Origin: a virus
DNA length: 64,000 bases
Reading direction: 5' to 3' (one strand)
Virus record (IMG/VR): IMGVR_UViG_3300020447_000001
Span: 32,001 to 96,000 of that record
How positions within the stretch are numbered: the stretch's first letter is position 1; each line of letters starts with the position of its first letter. Below the pieces are notes generated by a model. That model was not told the DNA's origin. It did not search any database and worked only from the letters and a program-made list of their open reading frames with translations. This document shows positions 47,462-57,584 of the stretch, piece after piece. Position numbers and translations under genes: made by a program.

Positions 47462-48031
47462 ATGGCGTTTGAAAATTTAGGCAGTTGGGACCATAGTCCA
47501 CCATACCCAAGTGATTTGAGTACTCCTTTGAGCATGCACCGTATATTAATAAGTGTATCTGACTGGATTACTTACCACGAGGATTGGGTAAATGAAGAGG
47601 CGGAGCGACTTGGGGCTACTGAGGACGAAGAACCGTTTCTTGGTCCGATGTTAGTAACCCCTTCTAGTTTGGGTAACGATGCTCTTATGCGGGTATCTGT
47701 TCCTTCGCTTTTTCGTACGTGGATGACAATGCGTGCAGTACGGGAACGTTGGGACTGGGTCTTTAGAACATTCGAGGAAGATTGGACTTCCGATAAGTGT
47801 GTTAAAGCCCGGTTGCTTTGTTTTAAAGTCGCAGCGCTCGCATTAAATAGTGCCTTTTTAGACCCTGAGACTTTGGAAGCTAAACAAGAGGAAGAGGTAC
47901 AGAGAACCAAAGAGCAGACTTATCAGACGCTCAAAGGGTTAGGTCTTCCTGATAAATTACTTAAAGTAATGGGAGTCATACACGATGACGACGAAGAAGA
48001 AATTGACTTTGACGAGTTGTTCCACCCGTAA
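47462..48031 (+). CDS. Hypothetical protein
   Basis: 189-aa ORF with acidic tail. Confidence 0.65.
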   Translation: MAFENLGSWDHSPPYPSDLSTPLSMHRILISVSDWITYHEDWVNEEAERLGATEDEEPFLGPMLVTPSSLGNDALMRVSVPSLFRTWMTMRAVRERWDWVFRTFEEDWTSDKCVKARLLCFKVAALALNSAFLDPETLEAKQEEEVQRTKEQTYQTLKGLGLPDKLLKVMGVIHDDDEEEIDFDELFHP

Positions 48032-48299
48032 ATGTAAATCTAGTACATCTCCGTATGCAGGGAAGCGCGGTGTAACTCGAATACATGTGAATCAACATAA
48101 TATTCGCGCTAATAAAAAGAACGGAACGGATCTTCCAATTGTTACAGTAAAACGAGGAAAACAGAATCTGTATGGACACGTTGTAGAAATAGAAGGACCT
48201 TCTGTTGTGATTTACAGCCCGGACAAGCCGTTAAGTTGTGGCGCTCGCGTTTGGGTAGAAACTTTATCTGATGTTCGGGTGCTTTCGCGTACAGCGTAG
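47985..48299 (+). CDS. Conserved phage hypothetical protein (true start uncertain)
   Basis: RIHVNQHNIRANKK...YSPDKPLSCGARVWVET, a pattern recalled from many phages. Confidence 0.65.
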   Translation: MTTKKKLTLTSCSTRKCKSSTSPYAGKRGVTRIHVNQHNIRANKKNGTDLPIVTVKRGKQNLYGHVVEIEGPSVVIYSPDKPLSCGARVWVETLSDVRVLSRTA

Positions 48300-48334
48300 C
48301 TCTCCCGAAATAGAATAACGAGGGTAACTTAGTT

Positions 48335-48880
48335 ATGACTAAACGTTCTTCTGTTACGAGTGCTGCGTCGTTTAAATCAGCACTCCGCACGGTAAAAGCG
48401 GATCTTAAGGGACTAGGATTCTGGAGTAAAAAGTTAGCAGACATTAATGTACGTCAAACCTTGTGGGGACTTGCCTACGGTTGGCAGTATTATCGCGGTA
48501 GCGGCGATATTGTTATTCCTAAGTTGTCTATAATTAGGTGGTTTAATACGGCGTGCTATGGGGATACTTTTCCGGTTAGAGATGTCATTAGACACGAGTA
48601 CGGGCATGCTGTTGCTGATTGTCATCGCGGTATTATAAGATCAGCGAAGTTCAGGGACGCTTTTGGCATGTCGCATGATGACGACAGTAGTTCTGAGTAC
48701 GATGACGAGGACTTTGTCACGTATTATGCGTCTGATAATGCAGGGGAAGATTTCGCAGAAACATTTATGTATTATGTTAAGCACAAGGGACGTATTCCCG
48801 CTAATTTTGATACTCCTACAATTAAAAAGAAGTGGGAGTTTATAAAACATGTAGGTTGTTGTTTGGAGGAGGCAGTATGA
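48335..48880 (+). CDS. Zincin-like putative metallopeptidase
   Basis: IRHEYGHA...FVTYYA..NAGEDFAETF. Confidence 0.75.
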   Translation: MTKRSSVTSAASFKSALRTVKADLKGLGFWSKKLADINVRQTLWGLAYGWQYYRGSGDIVIPKLSIIRWFNTACYGDTFPVRDVIRHEYGHAVADCHRGIIRSAKFRDAFGMSHDDDSSSEYDDEDFVTYYASDNAGEDFAETFMYYVKHKGRIPANFDTPTIKKKWEFIKHVGCCLEEAV

Positions 48881-49419
48881 GTAAACCTAGTGAGGTGTGT
48901 GTATTATCGGATCCTTGGAAGGTAACCAAGCATGAGGATGGTGGCATTCTTATGTCTTTGTCTTTTGGTTGGTCTGCCGTAGAAAATTGTTATCACTTAG
49001 TTGGAAAGGTTTATTCCAATAACGGCGAGCAGCACGACGAGCAGGTAACCACACAGATCCCCGCAGGCAACAAAATTTTAGTGCCAGGCGAGTTTTTTAT
49101 CGATTGTGCTGGCCCTTTTCGTTTTTGGTGTGAGCATTTAATTTCGAAAGGAATATTGTCTACTGCGGGTAAAACATTTCGATTTAAGCACGTCGAATAT
49201 ACGGCTTGTAAATTTCACAAAGATAAATGTGCTCCTCGTTTTAAATGTGATCAATGTGGTTTTTTGGCAAGTTCTTCTCAGGCTTATTATGATGAAGGAA
49301 TTGGGGGAACTCGGTGCTTGAAATGCGAGGCAATATTAACTGGAAATGTTAGTGTAGGCGAGAACTTTGTAGCTGAGGTCGAGCAGGCTATTGCCAAGCT
49401 TGATAAGTTAGATATTTAG
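48877..49419 (+). CDS. Hypothetical protein with C-terminal zinc ribbon
   Basis: CDQC...CLKC; RBS ggagg. Confidence 0.6.
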   Translation: MSKPSEVCVLSDPWKVTKHEDGGILMSLSFGWSAVENCYHLVGKVYSNNGEQHDEQVTTQIPAGNKILVPGEFFIDCAGPFRFWCEHLISKGILSTAGKTFRFKHVEYTACKFHKDKCAPRFKCDQCGFLASSSQAYYDEGIGGTRCLKCEAILTGNVSVGENFVAEVEQAIAKLDKLDI

Positions 49420-49476
49420 CAAGGTATATCGCTGCGCAGGGAGGCGCTTGGTGTGTTATGTCGAATGATTTTTTAA

Positions 49477-49857
49477 TTACTCTGCGTAGTTCATTTTGCA
49501 GTCTTTAAATCCGTCGCCCGTTAGTTCGATGATATCGTTTTTGACTTTCATTCGGATTCGATTAAGATCCCGAATTTGTAATGCACGTCGTCCGATCTCT
49601 TCAAGACCTAGATTTTCGTCCTGGCCTTTGCGGATAGCGTACTCGGCATCCCACATTTTGCCGTTTATTTCATATAGATCGTTTACGAGTATGGCTAATT
49701 CAGGGTCTTCTAGTTTTAGTCCTTCTCTGTAATAATCTATTTGTTTCCGCATATCATCAATGTCTATTTCGTCGGGACCGAGACGCTCAATTTTGAGTAG
49801 GGCTATAGTGTACCGGTCTGCAACTTCGGGTACGGGTGTGACAATAGGTTTAACCAT
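49477..49857 (-). CDS. DUF6165-like protein
   Basis: PVPEVADRYTIALLK...LYEINGKMWDAE..IR...LNRIRMKVKNDI. Confidence 0.7.
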   Translation of the reverse strand: MVKPIVTPVPEVADRYTIALLKIERLGPDEIDIDDMRKQIDYYREGLKLEDPELAILVNDLYEINGKMWDAEYAIRKGQDENLGLEEIGRRALQIRDLNRIRMKVKNDIIELTGDGFKDCKMNYAE

Positions 49858-49888
49858 AGTTTAAATTCCACTATTTAGGAGGATTGAG

Positions 49889-51037
49889 ATGGGTGATTAC
49901 TTTGCCTTAGTCGCGTCCGATCTTCACTTGAAGAAACGTACTTGGAGCAACCGCCCTATCGAGGGTGATTCATATTTTGCGTGGGAGCAAATCGTAGACA
50001 GAGCAATTGCTGTTGAGGTTGAGGTTGTCATTTTAGCAGGTGATATTCTTGACAAGCAGATTAATGGCTCAGGCCCAATTGTAAAACTACAAGAGGGCAT
50101 TGAAAAGCTGGGTGCTGCCGGTATTAAAACATTGTTTATACAAGGGCAGCATGAATATCAAGAAATGCCGTGGGCATCTCTGTCAAAACACGCCATTCAT
50201 TTGCATCGGAATGAGGCAACGTCTCTTGATCCGTTTATAGAGGTAGCGGGTTACACGATAGCAGGCATTGATTTTCAGGCGAAGGAACGTCTTCAGGACG
50301 AGTTAAGCTACGTAGCGGAGACGCTTAAGTCTCCCCCTGAGAAGACAATTCTAGTGATGCATCAAGTGTGGGAAGAGTGGATGGGAGAACGTGCTCTCCC
50401 GCAAGGAAAGCTGTCGGATGTGGATAATTGGCTCCCTGGGTTAGGTTTGTTAATCACCGGCGATCTGCACGAATCTCACGTGGAAGACGAGCCGCTTCGT
50501 GTTCTTTCTCCTGGAAGTACATGTATGCAAAGTATTTCTGAGCCGGAGGATAAGTACATGTACTTCCTTAGTAGTGTAGATGGTTCCTTGGAAATAAAGA
50601 AAAACACGTTACTTGGAAGGCCGTTTATTGATTGGCCGTTTATTGGAACGGTAGCGGACATTGAAGATTGCATTCGTGAATACTATACCGTATACGAAGA
50701 TTCTCAATCTCATGCGGAACAGCATTCAATTCCAGCGGAAATATGCAAACCTCTTGTTCGTTTTCAGTACGAGCATTCTCTTTCGGGAGAAATACATCGT
50801 TTGGAGAAGCTTGTAGGGGATACAGGGCATATCTTCTGGAAAGAACACGCGCCTAAAGATGTAGTCGCGGATGAAATAATTACATCTGGCGATCATATAA
50901 CGATGGAGTCCTTATTAAAGTCGGCTGAGTGTGATGATAGTGTGCGTCAGTTAGCAGAACGTTTGTTAGCTGGCGGTGATCCAAATCAGGAATTACATCG
51001 ATGGCACAAGGAGCGACTAACAAATGAAGGTAATTGA
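49889..51037 (+). CDS. sbcD: SbcD/Mre11-like metallophosphoesterase nuclease
   Basis: SDLH, AGDILD, IQGQHE, VMHQ, GDLH, SPGS. Confidence 0.85.
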   Translation: MGDYFALVASDLHLKKRTWSNRPIEGDSYFAWEQIVDRAIAVEVEVVILAGDILDKQINGSGPIVKLQEGIEKLGAAGIKTLFIQGQHEYQEMPWASLSKHAIHLHRNEATSLDPFIEVAGYTIAGIDFQAKERLQDELSYVAETLKSPPEKTILVMHQVWEEWMGERALPQGKLSDVDNWLPGLGLLITGDLHESHVEDEPLRVLSPGSTCMQSISEPEDKYMYFLSSVDGSLEIKKNTLLGRPFIDWPFIGTVADIEDCIREYYTVYEDSQSHAEQHSIPAEICKPLVRFQYEHSLSGEIHRLEKLVGDTGHIFWKEHAPKDVVADEIITSGDHITMESLLKSAECDDSVRQLAERLLAGGDPNQELHRWHKERLTNEGN

Positions 51038-51668
51038 TCTAGGCACAAAGCACGGTCCTTCTGTCATTCATTTTATACGCAAAGTGAATACGTTTTTTCC
51101 TTCCTATGAGCAGACTATCACCCCCTCCGAGTGTGTCGGGGTGGATGTTAATGAGAAGTTTCGTCGCGATATAGCTGGACAAGAAATTTGCTTTATGTGT
51201 GGTGACATAACAGACGCTACTTTTCGCGATACGTTACCCGAGACAGATTTCTTCCTTGTGTGCAATCTTCTGCACCATCTTCCGAACCGTCAAGTTGTGG
51301 AAGAGGTTATAGGTTACGTGTTAGACACAGCTAAGTGTGGGGTTTGGTTTCGAGTAAAAAGTTTTGAAATTGATTCTGACAGTGGAGAGGGTATTTTGTT
51401 ATTTCATGGTTTGCGTTTCAGTTGGTCAACTAATTCTACGGCGTACACGTGCGCTGACTTTTTTAAGTTTATTCGAAACCGTTGTTCAAAGTCAGCTTCT
51501 CGTTTTGAGGCAGCTAAGCGTATTCGTCACACTAGTGACAAGCGTGTAGTGCCTGAAGACATAGTATCTTCTTCTTTTTATTACGAGCCTGCTATGGGAG
51601 ATAAAGAGCAGGTTGCGCTTACTAAGCCGGTCGTATGCGACTGGGATATTTTTGTTGAAAAGGGTTAA
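51024..51668 (+). CDS. Class I SAM-methyltransferase-like protein
   Basis: VIDLGTKHG, CVGVDVNE, CGDITD, NLLHHLP. Confidence 0.6.
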   Translation: MKVIDLGTKHGPSVIHFIRKVNTFFPSYEQTITPSECVGVDVNEKFRRDIAGQEICFMCGDITDATFRDTLPETDFFLVCNLLHHLPNRQVVEEVIGYVLDTAKCGVWFRVKSFEIDSDSGEGILLFHGLRFSWSTNSTAYTCADFFKFIRNRCSKSASRFEAAKRIRHTSDKRVVPEDIVSSSFYYEPAMGDKEQVALTKPVVCDWDIFVEKG

Positions 51669-51669
51669 T

Positions 51670-53613
51670 ATGCAACTTACACAAGTTCGGCTAAAGAATT
51701 TTGGTCCGTATGAAGACTCTACGTACGAGTTGAGTCAAGGGTTGATTGGGATTGTAGGACCGAACGGATCGGGTAAATCAACTTTAGTGAATGGAATTTA
51801 TGCGTGTTTAACTAACGATTTTTCGAGGTTCGAAGGGCGTAAGGCGGGGGTTATTCGTGACACTGCGGGAGAGCGCGACAGCAGTTTAGTTTCAGTGGTT
51901 GGCAAGCACAACGGAGCTTCTTTTCAGTTAACACGTAGTTTACGTCCTAATCGTTCAAAGCTTGATATACGGGATAAATCTTATACTAAAGCTGCGGATA
52001 TTGAGCAGCACCTTATAAAAGATTTGGGTTTGAACCGTAGATTGATTGATGCCTATGTTTTTGTAAATCAGTGGGACATGTTTTCTTTCTTGGACCAGAC
52101 AGACAGTAAACGAGCGGCAGTGTTTCAGTATTTGTGTGGGACTGAAAAATCTACAGATATTTACGACGCTTGCACTAAGTTTGCTACAGACAAGCGGTTT
52201 ACAGAGAGAGGGTCTGATAATAGCGACCAAATTAATGTGGAATTGGCGTACGCCGAAAAGGAGTTAAGGGAGCTCCAGTTGCAGTACGAGGACTGTAGTC
52301 AGTATTTAATGGAAGACAACAGTCTAGCTAGTGCCGAAAAGATTATTCGTCGTCGTGACGTTTTAAAAGGACAACAAGAAGAACTATCAACACGCAAGAA
52401 GGCTTCTACTACAGCTAATCGTGAAATTCGTAAACTGAAGCAGACGTTGGTGCAGGATAGGTGCGAGTATGAGAAGCTTCACAATGCCGTAGAGGTCGCG
52501 GATAAAAAATTGGCTGCACTCCAGGTTGATGAGGCTAACAATATTACGGCACGTCATCTTGTAGCTCGTCAAGAGTCTTTGTTGATTAAGCGCAGTTCAT
52601 ACGAAAATATTAAGCCAGTGCTCGAATTACCGGACGAGAAAATTTGTCCCACGTGTAGCCAGGTTGTTACAGACGAGGAGTTAGAGGCAATCTATATAAA
52701 GGAATTTAAGGCCAACCTCGACGCTTATAAGAAAGCACTTGAAGAGATCGATTCTGAATTAGCTTCTATTGAAGTAGATGAATCCCACTTGAATTTTAAG
52801 CCTGATCGTTTAGAGAAGGCTAAAGAGGTGTGTTATCACTTGGAGGATGAGCACGCTAAAACAAATAAGAAGGTTATTGCTTTTGAATTGATGTTAGCTA
52901 GGCAAGAGGGTGAGTTTAATGCGTGTCAACAGAGAATTACGGTACTAAAGACTCATCTCCAAGGTTCGTCGATAGAAGAGTATAATAAATTGTATGATCG
53001 TGCTAAACGTAGGAGGCGAGAGCATTACGATTACAAGGAAAAATCGGATCACTTAGATGGAGCAATTAAGGCTAAGCAAGGGACTGTAGTTCGTTACCGG
53101 AAGTTGCTTGCTTCATTAGAGGAGCAAAGAGCAATCGCTGCGAAATATGGCGATCTACTGGATGTTGTATTAGAGGCCCGAGAGTTATTTCATTGGCAGA
53201 AGTTACCTAGGCAAGTTGCTCAGGCTAACTTAGAGGCCATTACTGGGGAGATTAACGCTGGGCTGGAAAATTTCGGAAGTCCATTTTGGGTAGAAGCAGA
53301 CGTTAACTTAAGTTTTAAAGTACATTTTCCTGGGGCTCCGTCACGTGCGGCAGCGGCATTGAGTGGCGGACAAAAGGTTGTGTTAGCCATATGTTTTCGA
53401 GCAGCTGTTAATTGTTTGTTTGGGCAGAATATTAGCATGATGTTTCTTGACGAACCAACTTCGGGGTTAGACGGTGAAAATATCGAGTATTTCCGAGAAG
53501 TGTTGGTTAAGATGGCTAATAAGATTAGAGGTAAGTACCAGTTGTTTGTTGTTACTCACGACGAAGCTTTAACACCTGCTTTTGACAAAACGGTTTCGAT
53601 TGGTGAGAGATGA
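51670..53613 (+). CDS. sbcC: SbcC/Rad50-like SMC ATPase
   Basis: GPNGSGKST, coiled coil with CPTC hook, LSGGQK, FLDEPT, VVTHD. Confidence 0.92.
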   Translation: MQLTQVRLKNFGPYEDSTYELSQGLIGIVGPNGSGKSTLVNGIYACLTNDFSRFEGRKAGVIRDTAGERDSSLVSVVGKHNGASFQLTRSLRPNRSKLDIRDKSYTKAADIEQHLIKDLGLNRRLIDAYVFVNQWDMFSFLDQTDSKRAAVFQYLCGTEKSTDIYDACTKFATDKRFTERGSDNSDQINVELAYAEKELRELQLQYEDCSQYLMEDNSLASAEKIIRRRDVLKGQQEELSTRKKASTTANREIRKLKQTLVQDRCEYEKLHNAVEVADKKLAALQVDEANNITARHLVARQESLLIKRSSYENIKPVLELPDEKICPTCSQVVTDEELEAIYIKEFKANLDAYKKALEEIDSELASIEVDESHLNFKPDRLEKAKEVCYHLEDEHAKTNKKVIAFELMLARQEGEFNACQQRITVLKTHLQGSSIEEYNKLYDRAKRRRREHYDYKEKSDHLDGAIKAKQGTVVRYRKLLASLEEQRAIAAKYGDLLDVVLEARELFHWQKLPRQVAQANLEAITGEINAGLENFGSPFWVEADVNLSFKVHFPGAPSRAAAALSGGQKVVLAICFRAAVNCLFGQNISMMFLDEPTSGLDGENIEYFREVLVKMANKIRGKYQLFVVTHDEALTPAFDKTVSIGER

Positions 53614-54578
53614 ACGGTATTTTACGATTGCATACTGACTCTGATGGTATTGTCTGGTGTGGGCAGAACGGTGTTTGTGCTGTCAATTCTAGATTAACGC
53701 CAGAGGAGTTCGTATCTCGCAATTCTTTTTCGTCTGCTAAGCTTGTTCGTATTTTAGGGCTACCAGTTAATGCGAATCTTATCGTAAGGGCTTATGAATC
53801 GCAAAAAGCTAAACCTGCGGCGCAGTTACCTGTCCATAGTGTCTTGGGTAAGTCAGCTCGTGCTTTAGAGGTGGGGAGTGCGGCTGTTTGCCCTACTGCC
53901 GTCACACGTAGGGATCCTACAGAAGTACTCCAAAGGATGTGGCAACCAGATACTAGCGGTCGATTGTCTGCGTGCTGGAGGCGTGTTGACAGTGATATGT
54001 TCAACAGTTATTTGCTGCGTATAAGTTTGGAAGAATCGGAAGAAAAAGCCATTTCCATTTTCCGGTATCACCCGTTGGCGTGTCCGTTAGGGTTTTTAAA
54101 TTCTTTCAATTTAAAGGCGTGTGTATATTGGGCTTCTGAGGTGTTAGATCCTCGTTGGTTTTTCCACCCTGATAAGCCCCACAGGTTTACAAAGCTAATG
54201 CGTTTTTTGGGGCTATACCCAGATAATTTTAAGTTGTTTTTTGATGAGGACGGTTTAAAGTCGCATAGATCGTTGGGTAATCAGTCGCGGCTGCAACGTG
54301 CTAGAGTAACTTATGATTGTTGGAATACGTTGGTTGCAGCTGAGGTGGACTACACATCACCACATAACTTTTTGTGGAGAATTAACAAGTATCATGGGTT
54401 TGGCTGGAAAGGAGCATTAGCTTCATCCAGAGCTTTTGTAAGGTTTGCCGCTTTGCATTGGCAAGACAAACTTAACCCGTTGTCCCGTGTCTTTTTTGAT
54501 CCTGATCTCTACTTCGGAAGTTCCGAGGAGGTAGAAGCCTACTCGCTTTATACGAATACTGGCCAGGTGCGAGGGTAA
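53610..54578 (+). CDS. Hypothetical protein with weak IS110-like segment
   Basis: EVLDPRWF...KLMRFLGLYP resembles EIGD..RF...L..Y.GL.P. Confidence 0.5.
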   Translation: MNGILRLHTDSDGIVWCGQNGVCAVNSRLTPEEFVSRNSFSSAKLVRILGLPVNANLIVRAYESQKAKPAAQLPVHSVLGKSARALEVGSAAVCPTAVTRRDPTEVLQRMWQPDTSGRLSACWRRVDSDMFNSYLLRISLEESEEKAISIFRYHPLACPLGFLNSFNLKACVYWASEVLDPRWFFHPDKPHRFTKLMRFLGLYPDNFKLFFDEDGLKSHRSLGNQSRLQRARVTYDCWNTLVAAEVDYTSPHNFLWRINKYHGFGWKGALASSRAFVRFAALHWQDKLNPLSRVFFDPDLYFGSSEEVEAYSLYTNTGQVRG

Positions 54579-54583
54579 TCTCG

Positions 54584-55117
54584 ATGCGAGAGCTTACTAT
54601 TAGGATTAGGTTTTTGACCCCTTCATTAGGGAATCAAAAAGTAAATGACGGCTCAGGGAAGTTTGTGTTTCAACGTAGCCCTGATAACAACATTATTTTT
54701 TTAGCTAGCTGGCACCATTCTAATATGCGAATGGCGGCACAACTTTTAAATCGTTTTCAGTCAGACGTTGTTTCTATTCACTGGGATATACACATTGACG
54801 GGAAGTTGAAAAACAATAAATGGCATAAAAACTATTATAGAGCGGCAAAGAATAATCGGTTGAGATATTCTCTTCACGAGTCTTTTCTTGAAAATCAGAT
54901 TATAGGTATTAATTGTTTAGTACCTAACGCTATTTCAGACGAGGATTTTTGGCGTCTAATGAGTAAGGCAGGACAATACAAAGGATTAAGTCCTTGGAAG
55001 CCCGGAGAGTTCGGGTTTTACGATGTTGTTTCTATTCGTCCACGCAGAGTGCATCGAGGGCCTGAGGACGTAGCTGAGCTGGAGGAGTATCCTCCTCCAG
55101 GGGCGTGGCCTGAGTAA
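54584..55117 (+). CDS. Second RAMP/Cas7-like protein
   Basis: LTIRIRFLTPSLG first strand; C-terminal ISDEDFWRLMSKAGQYKGLSPWKPGEFGFYDV aligns by eye with the 38212 protein. Confidence 0.55.
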   Translation: MRELTIRIRFLTPSLGNQKVNDGSGKFVFQRSPDNNIIFLASWHHSNMRMAAQLLNRFQSDVVSIHWDIHIDGKLKNNKWHKNYYRAAKNNRLRYSLHESFLENQIIGINCLVPNAISDEDFWRLMSKAGQYKGLSPWKPGEFGFYDVVSIRPRRVHRGPEDVAELEEYPPPGAWPE

Positions 55118-55125
55118 ATACATAG

Positions 55126-55203
55126 AAAAGAGCCGGTCAGTGTGGCACCTGACCGGCTCCTTATGGCACTCTTGGTTCCGGTGTGTTTATGGCGAGGAAC
55201 CAA
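55126..55203. other. Twin hairpins downstream of the second RAMP-like gene
   Basis: gagccggtcag / ctgaccggctc and ttggttcc / ggaaccaa. Confidence 0.6.
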
Positions 55204-55255
55204 CTTGTCTGTATTCTAGCGGTAAAAAGTTAAATAAGTCAACCCAGGATATGTC

Positions 55256-56782
55256 ATGTCAATAGCAGATAATATAAAAATTGTAACACTTTTGAAGCAT
55301 GGTAACCGGTTACTGGTGGAACCTACAACGACTCAAATCTTGGATATTTTGGCTCCTTGTCTTACGTTTACAGAGCAAAAACGGCATGTGGGGTGGAAGG
55401 CAAAACAGAGGATGAAGCAGCTAGGTAAAGGACCTGTGGAATTTATAGAACATTCTCTATTTGTACTGGATCACAAGTCTAGGGTAGTTTGTCCGTATGG
55501 ATTTTGGAAGAAAGTAAAGCGGGCGCTTACGACAGCTGGGTACGGGGTTAAGTTCAAGGATTTGGCTCCGTGGCCTCCGGCAGACGTTATGACCCCTTGT
55601 TGGGAAAACATACGTAACTATGAGCTGCGACCAGGCCAGCGGGAATTTATCACGAAGGTTTTATCGCATAGATGTGGCCGATTTGATTGTCCGCCTGGAT
55701 TTGGAAAATCTTTTTTAATTGGCTTAGTTTGTGCGTTACTTCCGAAGGCAAAAATAGATATTGTAACTCAACGAGTTCCTGTATTACGTGAACGTATTTA
55801 CCCTGAGTTATGCCAAATGGTAGGAGACGTCGGTATTGTTGGTGGAGGTAAGCGACGAACTGGCCACCGGGTGATGTGTTATACAGCGGCTAGTATGCAG
55901 CATGCGAAGGAGCCTAGTAATACTCACATTATGTTTGGAGACGAGTGCCACGAACTTGCAGCGGATTCGTATGCTAAGAAATTAATGGCGTGGGACACTA
56001 GTCGTAACTATGGCTTGTCGGCTAGCCAGGACATGCGAATTGATAACAAAGATTTACGACTAGAGGGGATTTTTGGTCCGATTATTTACAAGGTTGATTA
56101 TGCAGAAGCACAGTCTCACGGGCTTGTGATGCCTATTAAAGTGCATTGGTCTAACGTAAAAATGGACTATGATCCGTTGGCTGGAAAAGCGGATGATTTT
56201 GTTACACGTAAGAGGTACGGAATTTGGCGGAATGACGTAAGGAACACGGTTATCGCTAAGGACGCAAATAAGTATGATGAAGATACACAAGTTTTGATAA
56301 CGTGTGAAACTTTGCAGCACGCTATACAGCTTAAATCTCTATTACCTGATTTTACTTTGGTATATCGCGAAGGATCTTTAACTCCGTGGGATCGGGCAAA
56401 ATATGCTAAAGCAGGGCTTATTTCTCCGGACGAGCCTTTAACAAGTCTTAAGCGACGTATTTGGCTAACGAAACAGTTCGAGAAGGGTAAGTTAAAGAAA
56501 GTTATCGCTACTACTGTTTGGAACGTAGGAGTGTCCTTTAATTTTCTGGAGGTTTTAATTCGTGCTGATGGCGGAGGGAGTCCCATTAATGACGTGCAGA
56601 TACCCGGACGTGTATCACGGTTAAGTGAAGGAAAAACGCATGGTATAGTTCACGACTATTTAGACCAGTTTAACTCGTCGTTTCATGCGAGAGCAAAACG
56701 AAGGGCAACTACTTACAAGAAAAATAGTTGGGAGCAAGTGCTGCCTCAAAAAAGTGCGCTAGAAAGTTTACTAAGCAAATAA
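55256..56782 (+). CDS. Superfamily 2 helicase (UvsW/XPB-like)
   Basis: CPPGFGKS, GDECHE, GLSAS, IATTVWNVGVSF, QIPGRVSR. Confidence 0.88.
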   Translation: MSIADNIKIVTLLKHGNRLLVEPTTTQILDILAPCLTFTEQKRHVGWKAKQRMKQLGKGPVEFIEHSLFVLDHKSRVVCPYGFWKKVKRALTTAGYGVKFKDLAPWPPADVMTPCWENIRNYELRPGQREFITKVLSHRCGRFDCPPGFGKSFLIGLVCALLPKAKIDIVTQRVPVLRERIYPELCQMVGDVGIVGGGKRRTGHRVMCYTAASMQHAKEPSNTHIMFGDECHELAADSYAKKLMAWDTSRNYGLSASQDMRIDNKDLRLEGIFGPIIYKVDYAEAQSHGLVMPIKVHWSNVKMDYDPLAGKADDFVTRKRYGIWRNDVRNTVIAKDANKYDEDTQVLITCETLQHAIQLKSLLPDFTLVYREGSLTPWDRAKYAKAGLISPDEPLTSLKRRIWLTKQFEKGKLKKVIATTVWNVGVSFNFLEVLIRADGGGSPINDVQIPGRVSRLSEGKTHGIVHDYLDQFNSSFHARAKRRATTYKKNSWEQVLPQKSALESLLSK

Positions 56783-56798
56783 TGGGGATTTATCGGAA

Positions 56799-57584
56799 AT
56801 GTTAACAATGACTAAATATCGAAAACAGCCTGTACCAGGAAAGAGAGCTACGCCTATTGAGGGCGCAGGTTCTGGTAATGCAGAGGAGCGCGACTTGTGT
56901 GAGCAGTTAAAGACTACTTACACCCTCGAGCGCCGCCTCTTTGAGGCGAGACTCGGTAAGTCAGTTAAACACCCCTATTCACCGCACCCTCGTTACGATG
57001 GGAAAGTAACTGAGGTTACGATTGAGGACAGAAAGCAGCGTGTAAAGCACACGTGGCTTGATATTGTCACGACGTTACGTGCGGCCCATGTACATCCTTG
57101 TTTGTACGTACGAGTGATATTCCGAGGTATTGCGGGGACGGCTATGTCTCCTCCTTACCCGGATCAGCTGGTCAGTAAGAAGTGGCTAAGATTTTTTCAT
57201 GAGCAAAGTGAGCTACTTGTAGCTGAAATACCTGGGCAATTTGAGAGACAATGTAAATTTTCTCGTTCCTATCTATTGCGTTATCAGCAGGCTTTAGGGT
57301 ATGACTTTCAATCAGCGGTATATTACTTGTTGACGGATAAGTTGGCACCTTTAACGTCGCTGTATCGTTATTGTTTAGCTGTGTCGATGTTGAGGGAGCC
57401 AAATCGCTCAAAAATCGACAATGAATCGTTATTTACGCAAGTGGCAAATAGAATCGAGCGTGAAGCGGTCATTCAATACACCTGCTTTTCTCGTGCATAC
57501 GATGAAGAGTGGGGTGAGTTTCTTCCCCCTACATTTGCGGGAGAAGCGGAAAGGATCTACCGTGGCATGTTATCGGTGTGTTAA
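56799..57584 (+). CDS. Hypothetical replication-region protein
   Basis: 261-aa ORF upstream of the helicase. Confidence 0.65.
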   Translation: MLTMTKYRKQPVPGKRATPIEGAGSGNAEERDLCEQLKTTYTLERRLFEARLGKSVKHPYSPHPRYDGKVTEVTIEDRKQRVKHTWLDIVTTLRAAHVHPCLYVRVIFRGIAGTAMSPPYPDQLVSKKWLRFFHEQSELLVAEIPGQFERQCKFSRSYLLRYQQALGYDFQSAVYYLLTDKLAPLTSLYRYCLAVSMLREPNRSKIDNESLFTQVANRIEREAVIQYTCFSRAYDEEWGEFLPPTFAGEAERIYRGMLSVC

